Part shown: positions 25,361-38,288 of the stretch, in pieces | How the letters are laid out: every line of letters begins with the position of its first letter | Numbering within the stretch: the stretch's first letter is position 1 | NCBI GenBank assembly: GCA_013265495.1 | Contig: MU058198.1 | Span: 4,281,579 to 4,345,578, forward strand | Direction of reading: 5' to 3' | Length of the DNA: 64,000 nt | Source: Vicugna vicugna | Lineage: Eukaryota | Made by a program: the position numbers and the translations under genes | The notes under the pieces: generated by a model | The model's database searches: none | Told to the model about the DNA's origin: nothing | What the model saw: the letters and a program-made list of their open reading frames with translations, nothing else

Positions 25361-27452
25361 GCAGATTCACGAATTCTATTAAATTCTAGCTTTTTGTGCA
25401 CTTCTAACGGCAATGATTTTAAGAAATTAAAAATTAATTCTGTAATACAAAGATAACTGTGGTGACCTGTGGAATCTCCTGAGTTAGGAAAATTCAAAGC
25501 ATAGATTGGTTTTCAAATATTTAGCTCATATCCTAAGGAAAAGCATCAGTAATATAAAATTTCACTTATCTGACAATTATAAAGTACAGACCATTACAGT
25601 GTCATAGCAGATCAATAAAATAACCTTCTGGAATAAATACACCCCAGATAACAATGGTATTTAGTCATTTCACTCTGTAAGTGACTTCCACACCCAACTG
25701 GGCAATCCCAGACTTTTGGGTTTATCATCTAGGAGTCAGGAAGGTGGAATCACACCTATGCCCCACTGTGTGTTATAAAGACTGCATTCTTGTTTTTCCC
25801 CTTCTGGTTTCTACAGAAAGTTTTGGTCAAACCAAAGCAGTGAAAATTCTGGCTAAGTAGCCCACTGACAGTTTAAGGCTCAGATCAGCTGATTAAAGCA
25901 GTTATATACACAACGAGAGCCTTATGCCATCCAAATATGGACCTAAAGGCAAAATTCAGATGACCCTCACTGTATCTTTCAAAAAGCTCCTATGGTTTAA
26001 GAAAGCAAAAATGTAAGTAAGCCATAATGCAAAGAAATTTAGTGTGGGATCTTTGGAGGAAGATTTTTTTTTTTTTTGGTCCTGCGAATTTCAAACACCA
26101 AATTAAGAAGCACCATGCAGTTAACTTGCACTAAGATGTAAAATTAAAAATTAAAAGCTTAAGACACAGGGGACACAATTTTCTGTGCTAACTGCACCCG
26201 AATCCTCTTTGGTTGGATGAATGCTGACCAGCCAGTCAATGACAGGGGAATCACGCCGAGGAGAGCAGGACATCTTTGAAGAGCTTACCAGAAAGAAAGG
26301 AGACATGTCTTACTATCTTATCTGAGCAGCTGGAAATCGGCTTGCAAGCTACTGACATCTACCTCTTGAATTCGGAGCATTGCAGCTCAAAGTGCTTCTG
26401 ATAAAAACAAAAAGTGATGTCTACACACTACAGAACGGACGGCAGGGGGTCAGATGGCTGCTCCTGAGCACAAAGTCAAAAGCACGTATGCAAAACACGT
26501 ATGCTAAGCAGGAGCATTTGGGGCTGCGGGCAAGCTGCTTGGGGGTGGTTACAGACCTTAGTCCTGGAAACCTTCCCCACCTGTGAGGGCACTAGGAAGG
26601 GCATCTAGTGGGGAACAAACAAACAAACAAACCAATGCGACTTTGTTTTAAAAAAATAAAAGCTGAGGTGTCATCAGAAAAAAAGTTAACAATTTATAAC
26701 ACACACGAATCACACCTTATTCTCCTGAAAAAAAAAAAAGTTATCAAAAGAGAGACTAGTCGGTTAACCCTCATCATTTGGGGTACCAGTTCAGGATGTA
26801 CGTTTTGCTCATTTTCAGCAGAAAAGTCACTCTGTACGGTTGAAGGGCCCAGAGATATATTTAAACTTCTTCTCTAAAAACAGCCCCACTTCGAAAAATT
26901 TAAGACTAGGCTGTTCTAAGAAATTATTCAAAGCTCCTAATTACCATTTTTAAAAACGCATTAAAAAAAAATCCATCCATCCATCCTTAAATCAAATAGT
27001 AAAGTAGAACACTTGGGATGGAAATATTTTTTAAAATCGTAATTAAATAAAATAGTTATGCTCTAGACTGCTTATTTTAAAAAATTCCATTAGGTAGGTA
27101 AAATCTGTACAATCTTCAACACCTAAACCAGGTTTCCATGCAATGATGGGAAAATCTTGATTCTTCTCTCCTTTGCCAGGAGAGGCTAGCACTCTCATAG
27201 GGTCATGCCCCCAAATCTCATTTCCCAGGGCATCCAGTTTGGCACAAACCACGTTTTTCATGGTTATACCTGAGATGCTTCACTTACTATGAATATTTTT
27301 ACTCTTAAAAGGAAAACAAGCATTTTAACGAGGAATTCACTAAGAAATCAATGTCATGCTCAAGCTGCACAATACCTTCCACCTGGATTAGGACATTAGA
27401 CCTAGAAAAATGTAACCATAGACGGTTGTAAACACATAATGAACCTATAAAT

Positions 27453-27665
27453 CAGGGGGTGGCAAACGCCAAGAACCAGGTAGTAATTTTTAAGGCTGTG
27501 AGAGCGTACGACCTCTGAGAAGGCTACACAACTCTGCTGTTTTAGCACAAAAGCAGCCAGAGACAGTACGTAAATGAATGGGCGTGGCTATGTTCTAATA
27601 AAACTTTACTTACAAAAATTAGCTGGGGGCCAGATTTGGGCACTGGCTGTAGTTTGCCCACCCCT
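27453..27665. mobile_element. MER58A-like hAT MITE with terminal inverted repeats
   Basis: TIRs CAGGGGGTGGCAAAC / GTTTGCCCACCCCTG; internal TAAATGAATGGGCGTGGCTATGTTCTAATAAAACTTTA. Confidence 0.8.
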
Positions 27666-27754
27666 GATAGAAATCAAAGGCTAAATGAAGGGGAGCCCTG
27701 CAAAAGCAAGGTCGAGTGGAGACGGGCAAGTGCGTGAACCCGTTGCCTACTCAC

Positions 27755-28336
27755 CCGTTACTATTTTGGAGGCGGTGGGCGCTGCGATGCTGAGGCTGCC
27801 CTCGCCGGCGGGGTGGGCGCCGGGAGGGTGCGGGGGTGGCGGCATGCTGGGTCGGTTCCTCGGCTTCGGTACTGGTCTCGGTCTCGGTAAGGTTCCGTGC
27901 AGCGCCGCAGCCTCGGGGCTGCTCACCGCCTGGGTCTGGGCAGCCGGCAGGCCGGGGTGCTGCTTCCCTAAGGGCGGGGTGCTGGGGGGCGTTGGCGTCT
28001 GGGGAGGGGTGTGGGGTGCCTGCTCGAGTCCGTGCTCCCCCGGCTTGGCGAGCGCGGCCGGCGTGGCCTGCGTGGGGGGCTGCGGCGGCGGGTGACTGGG
28101 AGCTTGTATCGGAGGCAGGCTGCTGGAGTACCTCCGGGGTGCAGAGGGCTGCGAGGCGGCGCACGGCTGGCCCGGGGCCTGGCCCGGGGGCTGGGTGGGA
28201 GGGGAAGGGCTTCGGGTGGACGGCTTTGGTGACAGGCTGGGGGGATGCTGAGACGTTCCCGGAGAACTCTGGCCCCCGAGATGGCCAGGAGGTGGGTTTC
28301 CTGGTTTCGGGGGTGCTGGAGCAGGTTTTTTAACGG
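27755..28336 (-). CDS. ARHGAP17: ARHGAP17 exon 19 (582 nt), proline-rich AVKKPAPAPPKP...ASKIVT
   Basis: tgcAG|CC ... ACGG|GTgagt; within ORF 27747-28355. Confidence 0.95.
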
Positions 28337-28917
28337 CTGCACAAAGGGAAAACACCTGTCAGTAAGAGCAGCCCGGTGATGGCCAACGCCCTCTGGACCA
28401 GGGCACCGAGGTTAACCTCGCCGTGTGAGCCATGCCGAGATCAGTACCCACCACCATGCGGTCTGGGGACCCTTCACCCCGTGGTCCGCCTCCCCCAAAT
28501 CCACAGTCTCAGTCTCACCATGAGAAAAACATCTGAAAAACGCAAATTGAGAGACTGTCTTCAAAATGCCCGACCAGTACTCCCCAAAACTGGTGAGCCA
28601 TGAAAAAACAAAAGAAGCCTGGAAACTGGCCCAAACCAAAGAAGAGTAAGGGGCTGTGAGGAATAAATGCCATGTGCTCTCCTAGTGGGAGTGAGCCAGG
28701 GACAGAAAATGGCTGTTAGTGGAAGAAACGGGTGAGATTTGAACCAAGTACGGAGTTTAGTTAGTAGCAATGTACCAAAATGTACCAGTGTTGGTTTCTT
28801 AGCTGTGATAAATGTACCATGGTGATGCACGATGTTAAAAATAGAGGAAAGTGGGAGGGGGGTATAGAGGAGCTCTCAGACTATCTTTCTAACTTTTCTG
28901 TAGATCTAAAAATTATG

Positions 28918-29072
28918 GGGGGGGAGGGGTTAGTGCAGTGGCAGAGCACCTGCTTAGCCTGCAGGAGGTCCTGGCTTCAATCCCCAGTAACTCCACTTAA
29001 AAACAAGCAAACAAACAAAGAAATCTAGTTACCTCCCCACCCCTGGCAAAAAAAAAAAAATAAAATAAAATA
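28918..29072 (+). mobile_element. Camelid-type SINE following an old L1 3' fragment (~28680-28915)
   Basis: GGTTAGTGCAGTGGCAGAGCAC...GGTCCTGGCTTCAATCCCCAG and an A-rich tail. Confidence 0.75.
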
Positions 29073-30589
29073 AATTTTAAAATTAACATTATTTCCAAAT
29101 AAAAAGGTTATTTTTTAAAAGTACATTATACACATATAGGTCTTTAAAGACCTCTCATTTTAAAAGTTCAATAATTAGAGCACTCAGTGAATAGAGGCTG
29201 CCTCACCTATGTGGAGTCTCTGCTCCAAACCCACTTGGCATCCTGCCAGTCAGCACCCTTCTCTCGAGAGAAGAAACGCAGAGAAGCAAGAGCAGCTAAG
29301 GAGGGCCCCCTAAGCATGACTGGTCTGCCAGTACATAACCCTGGCCCCCTGCCCTAAGCCATCTTCTTCTAGAGAGCTTGATTTTTTTTTTTTTGGTAAC
29401 AGAAATTCTATGAATTCCAGAATCATCTGTGCTAATAGATATATTCTAAATAAAAGTACAAATCTGAAGGCTGCCTTAGAATTACTTCTCTGAGGAGAGC
29501 CGAGTCACATCGCTGTCATCCCTACACCAGCTGAGATCAGCATCACTGCCGGGTGGGAATTTGGTACTGAGGAGGGCAGGATAGGAGGGAGAAACAAGTC
29601 TGGAGACTGATTTGGGGCTGGGAGGGGCGGGTGGAAAGGAGAGACGTTAGCATTTCTCAAATTCTGCTAAGATCCTACTAATCCCCTAAGAAAGGGAGAG
29701 GGAAATGAAGGGAAGAATGAACGTGTATCATTCACTTAATACATCACTGGGACCCAGCTGAGCTCTTTACATAGACTGTCTCATCGAAGTCTCATAAACT
29801 CACTGCCAGACAGGCATTGTTATATCCATTTCACGGTGCAGGAAACGGAGGCTCAGAGAGGTCAAGTGTTTGTAAAAGGTCACACAGCTGCTATTGGCAG
29901 AACAGAGGCTCCCACCACGGCCTGTGGCCTCCCTGGACTCTTTTTACCTCTCCCTCTTTCCTACACCGCCTGGCTCCCTGTTCGCAGGGCTCAGAATTCA
30001 GAAATGGAAAGGGCATAAAGTCTCCTCTGCTCTGCTGGCCTAGAACTTTTGACCCTGGAACTTGAAAGAACTTTTCCCACAGCAAGCTGACAAAGGAAAG
30101 AATCTGGAATATTAGCAGTTCTCTAGCTATTATAGGCAATTTAGAAAGAAAAGTTTACAGCTCTCTGTTCTCAGCAATATTAATGGTAAATTCATATTGA
30201 ATAAAAGATCATTCCTGACCTTTAAGGGTGCAGAGGGAATTAGGAGAGCACGCATGAGAGTGGGGTGACAAGGTCCGAGTCCCAGGTGGAGGCCAGGCTG
30301 GGAGAAAGGCAGGCCTTGTCTAAGGCCACCTATGAAGGCGCCAGGAGACTGAGCTGGGGTCCACGGTGTGGGGCATAGCGCACAAAGGAGCAAACTCTTC
30401 CATGAGGAAGCCGGAGATCTATGATTGCAGGAAAGACTCCTAACGGGGCTATGAAGGAATCTCAACTGGAAAGCATGGGTATAGCTGGCACCCAGGGAGA
30501 AAAGACCTAATTTCCCGCAAGCATCAGTTGGGATACAGATGAAGATGATGGTGGCTTGGAGGAGAACCTTCTTAAGATTTTCCATTAGC

Positions 30590-30790
30590 GACTTTGGTTG
30601 ATAATAACGTGTCCATGTTGGTTCTTCAGTTGTACCAAATATGCCACACTGATGAGGGGTGTTGAGGGTAGGGGAGTATGTATGTGTGGATGGGGAAGGC
30701 TATGTGCAAACTCTATATTTTCTGCTCAATTCTGTTGTGAACCTGAAACTGCTCTAAAAGAATAAAGTCTATTTAAAAAAAAAAAAAGAG
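30590..30790 (+). mobile_element. 5'-truncated L1-type 3' end with polyA and a perfect 15-bp TSD
   Basis: TSD AGATTTTCCATTAGC at 30575-30589 and 30791-30805; ends AATAAAGTCTATTTAAAAAAA. Confidence 0.85.
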
Positions 30791-31799
30791 AGATTTTCCA
30801 TTAGCAAAACTGTTATTTATTCTATTTCCCCAGTCCTGTTACAGAGAGGATAATAAAAGAATATGGACTCAGAAATGTATTCTTTGCTCATTTTTTAATT
30901 GGGCTATCTGCCTTTTTGCTATTGAATTGTATGAGTTTCTGATATATTTTGGATACTAACCACTTGATTGTGGTAATTATTTCACATATATTAAATCATC
31001 ACCTTAAAAAAATAAATGCAACATGGGATTCTGGATTGATGCTGGGCAGAAAGAAAAACTTTACAGGAAAGACTGGGGAAATCTGGTCAAAGCCTGAAGT
31101 TTAGCCAATTTCACTGTATCAATGTTAGTTTCCTGATTTCAATAGTTGTTCTGTAAAATGTTAAAATTAAGAGCAGCTCAGTGAAGACTATATGGGCATT
31201 TTCAATACTATCTCTACAACTCTCCTTAAGGTCTAAAATTATATCAAATTCAAAAATATGTGTCATTTTATATTGAAGACCACCCATACGCTGATAAATG
31301 CAACTGGGAGTTAAGACATGGGGCATCCTGGTTCACAAGGAATTTAATTGGCTTTAGCCGCCACCCACGAGATGCTGATACCACTCCCCTTCTTGGCTGT
31401 GACAACCAAAAACATCTGCATCTGCCAAATATCCCAAGTCGTTCTAGATCTAAGAGGCACCTGGAGCTCCCAGACCACACATATTTACTGAGGGCCCTCT
31501 CTGTGACACAGTCCCAGGGATCGGAATATTGGAACATATGGGGCAGGTAAAATCCCAGCTATGTGAGAGCTACAAAGGAAGACTGGCAATCTACTAAAAA
31601 AGAAAATAAAAAATTTCAGATGGAGAAAAATGCCCTGAAAGGAATAGAGTGACATGACAGAGAATGACTTGTGTGAGTGGTAGGGTTGGCAGTGGTCATC
31701 AGCTCAGACTGGGCAGTCCAGGAGGGCTCACGGGGGAGGAAGTTTTTGAGCTGAGACCTGAATGATAAGAAGCAACCCCGTGTAGAATGGAACAGAGAG

Positions 31800-33140
31800 A
31801 GCAGGAATTAATCCACGCTCATCTGGTCAACTGATCGTCAACAGGGCATCAAGAATACACAATGGGGAAAGGATGATGCTGGGAAAACTGGATACCTGCG
31901 TGTAAAAGAATGAAACTGGACCCTTATCTTACACGATATACAGAAGTCAACTCAAAGTGGATTAAATACTTAAAACGTTAAGACCTGAAACTGTAAATCT
32001 CTGAAGAAAACACGAGGGGAAAGTTTCATAACACTGGTGTTGGCCATGGTAACAAAAGCAAAAATAGATGTGTGGAATTACATCAAACTAATTAGCTTCA
32101 GTACAGCAAAGGGAACAATCAACAGAATAAAAAGACAACCTACAGAAAGGGAGAAAATATTTTCAAGTTGTATATCTGATAAGGTGTTAATTTCCAAAAT
32201 AATATAAGGAACTCCTGTAACTCAATAGCAAAAACACTAACAACCTGGTCTTAAAATGGACTAAAGACTTCAAAAGACATTTCTCCAGAGATAAAAATGG
32301 CCAAAAATTGCATATGAAAAGGTGCTCAATAGCACTAACAATCAGGGAAATGCAAATCAAAACCAAAATGACACATTACCTCACACTTGTTAGAATGGCT
32401 TTTAAAAAAAAAAAAAAGACCAAAGTGTTGGTGAGAATACAGAGAAACTGAAACTTTTGTACACTATTGGTGGGAATGTAAATTGGCACAGCCATTAAGG
32501 AAAACAGTTTGGAGGCTCTTAAAAAAATTAAAAATAGAACTACCATATTGATTCAAGAATCTCACTTCTGGGTATTTATCCAAAAGAACTGAAATCAGGC
32601 TTTTGAAGAAATTTCTTTTTGCACACTCATGTTCACAGAAGCATTATTCACAACAGCCAAGATGTGGAAACAACTTATATGCCCACTGATGGATGACTGG
32701 ATTTAAAAAAAAAAAACAGTGATATATACATACAATGGAATATTACTTAGCCTTAAAACAAGGAAATTCTGTCATATATAACAACATGGACAAACTTTAA
32801 AGCCATTGTACTAAGTGAAATAAGCTAGTCACAGAAGGACAAACACTGCATGACTGCACTTATAGGAGGTATCGAACACAAAGTCTTGGACTCAGAGAGT
32901 GGAAAGGAAGCTGCCAGGGGCTGGGGGGAGGGAGTAAAGATGGGGCGTAATGGAGAGCTGGTAGTCAACAGGCATAAAGTTTCGATTATGTCTGATAACT
33001 TCTAGAGAGCTGCGGTACAACACTTCCTGCAGTACAACACTGTACTGTACACTTCACAGTACGCGACTGTACACCGTACACAAATATTTAAGAGGGTAGA
33101 TCTCATGTTGTGTTCTTACCCCAATAAAACAAAAAGTAAA
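31800..33140 (+). mobile_element. L1 ORF2 3' part plus 3'UTR, degraded
   Basis: AAAAGAATGAAACTGGACCCTTATCT; ATCAGGGAAATGCAAATCAAAACC; ACAATGGAATATTAC; GAGGGTAGATCTCATGTTGTGTTCTTACC. Confidence 0.88.
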
Positions 33141-33401
33141 ATAGAAGGAACCACTTGAAGAAGTGAGACAGACTGTTCTGGAAGAGAAAACACGTGCAGA
33201 AGCTCTAAAGAGGGAAAAAGCTTAGTACATCCGAGGAACAGAGAGCAGACCAGCGAGGCTGAAGGTGCAGTGAGAGGGGCAGGGGTAAGAGCTGGGCTCC
33301 GCCAGACCCCGCAGGGTGATGGTTGGGGGTCGGCACTGAAGCCACTGGAGAGTTCCGCCCAGAGGTGACACGACCTGCTTTGTGTTTTAAAGCCATTCCC
33401 C

Positions 33402-33697
33402 TCTTGGAGGGCATTATGCTCAGTGAAATAAGACAGAGAAAGACAAATACTATACGTGGGATCTAAAAAAACACAACAAACTAGTGAATAAAACAAAAAA
33501 AGATGCAGATTCACAGATACAGAGAACAAACCAGTGGCTATCAGTGAGGAGAGGGCAGTGGGGAGAGGCACGTAAGAATAGGGGAAAAAAGGGCATTATT
33601 ATGGAATTATATGAAACCATGTATGTGAAACTTTTGAAAATCGTAAAGCAAAGAACTACAGAATTTAAAGAATCTTTCATTCAATTAAAAAAAAAAA
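33402..33697 (+). mobile_element. Young 5'-truncated L1 3' end with polyA and a 13-bp TSD
   Basis: TSD AAAGCCATTCCCC at 33389-33401 and 33698-33710; polyA tail. Confidence 0.85.
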
Positions 33698-34142
33698 AAA
33701 GCCATTCCCCCAGCTGCTGGGCGGGGAACTAGAGGGTCCAGGTGGGAACAATTCAGATTCCATGTGAATGGGGGACCCGGAAGGCCCCGACCCCAGGCCG
33801 GTGGGTCCGGGGGCTTGCAGACCCACGAAGCCTAGCTGGGGCAGTCCCAAAACAGAGTGGGGGCTTGCAACGCCGAGTCCTGGGAACCTGAGAGCGTTTT
33901 TGGAGAAATGACCATTTGCTAAGCTTTGCAGCTTGAACATCTTCATAAATGTATGCTTTCCTGCTCCCCATTTTTTCATCTCCCTTTGATGATTCTTTTC
34001 CTTAACGACTGGCTTTTCGGCTTGCCATTTTAGAACAGACGTGGAACCGATGAGCTGCAAGGCTTCTCAACCTGATCCCTGCACGGACCCGGGGAGGTCT
34101 GTCATCCCTCCCCGAGGGCACAGAGTAAAGGTGGCCGCTTAC

Positions 34143-34312
34143 CTCGGCGCAGAGTGTGAGGGCTTGGGCCAGCAGAGTTGTGCGCCGGGCCGACCGAGAG
34201 CTGATGGGAGCCGGCAGCTGCCGGGGCTGGGTTTTGGCCGGAGGCCGCCTGACCGCTGCTTCTCCCTGGTGCAGGGGCAGGTGCCGGTGCAGAGTCCTTG
34301 GGCTTTGGGGGA
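34143..34312 (-). CDS. ARHGAP17: ARHGAP17 exon 18 (170 nt) SPPKPKDSAPAP...PHTLRR
   Basis: catAG|T ... CGAG|GTaagc; phase 2-1. Confidence 0.95.
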
Positions 34313-36310
34313 CTATGGGGAACAGAAGACCAATTAGATGTCACGCACTCCCAGCTAGAAAAGCTAATAAGCCTGCTGTAAAATATAAGGTTCTGACCAG
34401 AGTTTTCCCTGCAGCCAGCAAGGAGGTCATCTGCAATTTTAAATAGCTCCCATTGGGTCTATAAAGCTAGTATTTATTTGGTGTCACACAGGACTACAGA
34501 TTTTATGAGCTTCATTGCATCAGACTGTCTTCCAGCTACTCTGCCAGTCAAATATCATAATAGGGCCCATTTTGCAGCAACCAACGAGAAATTTCAAGTT
34601 CTGGTCTGCTGGTACTTCAATTGGGCAATATTAAAAAAAAAAAGAAAACATGAAAGGGCTTTTGGACTTCAAAATAATGCAACTTTGACATATACACTGG
34701 ACAAAACTAAATGACAAAGCACTCAATTATCATCAATGATTTGGACTTGAAGAAATAGAAACTCTGAGAGGCTAAACGATTGCTCAAGGTCCAGAGTCGG
34801 TTAGTATCAGGGTAGAGATCAGAACTCAGGTTTACTAATTCCTGGCTCAGAACTTTTTATACTAAACTTTTTAGCTCCATTTTGTCACGGTCACTGAAGA
34901 GTGAATGCCATTAGTGAAATGTACACAAAAATATCTGCAGAACATACAAAACAAAGAGCAAAGTGATTCTATTTGTCCTTCTGCAGTGAAGACTGATTAT
35001 TGTCTTAAATAATGTATTTAGCCTTGATTAAACAAACTGAACACTCCAGGTAAATGAAAAAGTCTGCATTTGCTAAGAGTTTTTTTCTCAAAAGAAAAAA
35101 ACTTAAGCCAAAACGAATACACATACAGTAACAGCTAATGGACAGGCCAGTGTGGAGCTTATGATGTGCACACGAAGCACTAGGAAGTTTGAAGGTTTAG
35201 TTATTTTTAACCAAAGAGTGAACTTCCTCAAATTATGAGGGAAGAAAGGAATTCAAGAAAGCATATGCCCCGCAGAGTTCAGCTATGAGGATTTAACAAG
35301 ATTCTTATCTTGTCGGCACTCTCTCCCCACCTAAAGATGAGGTAAGGGAGTTCTCCCAAGGCAGGTTCATCTCAGGGCAGAAAAAAGGACGTGGATGAAC
35401 CGGCCACGCCGGTTTTCAGCATTTATTTCACCTTCTATACGATCGTGTAGTGCTTTACAGGTAGCCAGGCTAAACCCAGGCAATAAAGATGTCCGCACCT
35501 ACAAGAGGGGCTCAACTTTTACAGCAGCTGCCAGTTCAGAGCGACCCGGGACACCACCTGAAGTGGCCTCTGGGGGTCATCTGCCTGGGCAGAGTAGAGC
35601 ACTGGATTTATGCAGTGAAATTAAAGTCTCAAGTTCAAAAGTTTTTTGGTTTTTTTTTTTTTCCTTAAAATTACTGTATAGCTGTAGTCCACTCCAGGTG
35701 GCTAATTAAAAGGTTAAGGAACAAAAGAGCCTTTTAAGAAAGCCAATCATCATATTTTCCACCTTGTTCTCGTGGATCAGCGCCCCTACAAGACTGAAAG
35801 CTAGGGGGTGGGGACAGCCTAGTGACCTAGTGTGCACAGCACAGCATCCAGGATATATTACTTAGTTATTCAGTAAATCTGATGGGATGGGTGGATGGAT
35901 GGATGGGTGAGTGAGTGAATGAATGCATGAATGCCAGGAATACAATAACCTAACAGCCTGTTACAGTCAAATGCTGGCTAGTTAGTGTACTGGGTGACAA
36001 TAAGCAAGTGGTACACAAACAATGAGCACACATCAGACAGGACTGCTAGACACCTGCTGGCTTCCGGCTTCCAGCACCAAAGCGGTATGGTAAAGAATGC
36101 AAACAAATGTTGCTTTCTTTGGAAAACAGGAAAGGAAGCAAGCATTCTGCAGTCTTTATTTCCATCCTTTGCCAACCGGAGGAGTGAAGGCTAACTGGGT
36201 TCACTCCGTGCTGAGCGATCCTCTGGGCACGGAGGCCACGCCCGCAGGCCAGCACCTGTAAGAAGGCTGGGGCGTCCAGCACCCACTGCCAGCAGAAGCC
36301 GGCCCCTTAC

Positions 36311-36544
36311 CTGCCGTCGCCCGGGCTCGGGCCCTGCTCCAGGGTGCCCGCAGAGGAGGGGCCAGTCCCACCCCCTGTGCTGCTTTCAGCCCTAGAGCTC
36401 TGGGGAGGGGGCTCTGGGCCCGCTGGAGCCAAGGTGCTGCCATCTGTGGGCGGGAGTGGCGGCTGGAAAGCAGGGGATACGTGCTTTCTATTTAGAGTGC
36501 CACCCCGCCGGGGGGCCTGGAAGTCCATAAGCTTCACACCAAAG
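36311..36544 (-). CDS. ARHGAP17: ARHGAP17 exon 17 (234 nt, symmetric cassette) SFGVKLMDFQAPRRGGTLNRKH...GPSPGDG
   Basis: tgtAG|C ... GCAG|GTaagg; phase 2-2, 78 codons. Confidence 0.95.
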
Positions 36545-38288
36545 CTACACAGAGAGAAGAAACAGTCAACACACCTGCGAGCCAACGACTGACACAGAAG
36601 CCCATCGGTCCGCGCGTGTTCAACCTCGCACGCGGGGACAGCCACCCAAGTTGCCCGGCATGCAGTGAAGCGGCAAGGACCAGATTAACGGTCATCCCTA
36701 TCACCCAGGCAAGCGACTCGACTTGGCTTTAAATGTGGACCTGGTACTGATCAGTGTCCTCTCTCAAAGTGGGTGTGAGCAGCTGAAAGCAAACAGGCAG
36801 GTCTCATCTGAGTGAGTGACGTCAGTTGGCCTGTGTCTTTCTACAGCGCTACGTACAAGCCCATCAGCTCGGCGCCGGGCGCCTGGGCATCAAGGTGGAA
36901 GGCGAGTGCGGAAGTGTGGCAGCGTAAGGCCGTCACATCACACTGCCTCTCAGGCTGAGATGTGGACACGCTGGTCTACGTGTATGCAAAGACTGCATCC
37001 GGAAGGATGCATAGCACTGGGACAATGGCTGCTTCTGAGAAGTGGCTGGGGTGGTGGCTGGAGGATAAGTTGGAAGGAAGACTCACTCATCACTGAAGCC
37101 CACTGGTGTATGAATTGTAAAATTTTTTCCCAGTTCAAAAAGTAAAAAGATACATGGCTCTCTGAGCTTGTGTTTACTGGGTCAGTCGGCGGGGAGAATC
37201 CTATCCAGGAAGACAGCTGAGAATTGTTTATTGTGTGCTACCTAGACCCGTAACATTGCACGTTGTAACTTAAAATATACGAAGGCTGACTTTGTGGAGG
37301 CTGGTGTTTGTCATCGGGGGCACTACGGAAGTGGGTTCAGAGATGTAAAACTTTTGCACAGAATAAATGTGAATTCCAGAGGGACAGAAGAGAAAAGTAA
37401 AGCTTTTTTCTTTGCTGTGGGTTAAAAAAAACAAACAAAAAACAAAAACAAACTTAAAAAAAATCCACCTCACTGTAAGATTGGGTAATTAAAGTAAGAG
37501 CTCGTTTAGTTTTAGTATAAAACTATTTCCAGTAACATTATTATTACATGTATGCGAGAAAAGCATGTTACTTCTAACTCTTAGCATTACTGGGGAACAC
37601 AGTGGCATTTCACTACACATGTTGGATAGATTGGCATCAAAGGCAAAAACCACAAATAGCCTTAATAATTTTCGAAAATCACTGATGGAGCCTAGCATAG
37701 AGACGTACTGTCTCTCACTAAGTTCAACACAGACGTTTTTTCCTTCCAGGATTGGCAAAAACTGAGGTTTCTCCAGCTGAACAGCAGATTCAGTGGGTGG
37801 CTTCCAGGGAGGAGCCAAGTCATACTAAAACTACGACTCTTTAAACACCAAGTCACACAAGTTGCTGTGAGAGGTGGGCTGTTCTCACACTCACTTTGGG
37901 ACATACGTCCACAGTGTTTCACTTTTTTCCCCCTTTTTCTTTTTCCCCCAATCAGATACACTTAGATGTGTGTGATGCCACTACCATCACATCACATCAC
38001 ATGTGTGTGATGCCACCGTGTGGGGCTCTCACAGACCACCATGTAAAGCTTGAATGCACGAGGGACGAGTGTTAACTGACAAAACTGCATGCTTGCTTGG
38101 GCTCAGATTCACGTTTCGGATGAACCAGAGTGGAATTCCTGAAACTATCTGGACTGTAACAGGCCTGGGTGCCGAGTGGGTCGCTCCCGGATTACAAGTC
38201 CACAGAGGCAGCGCCCGAGACCACGGGTTCAGCAGTTCCTCTACGCGACATCTACCGCTGGTGTGAAAGTGAATGGGTCTACACACAC

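Noticed and set aside
27685..28342. Several overlapping long ORFs on both strands
   Set aside because: Shadow frames of the GC-rich, stop-poor ARHGAP17 exon 19.
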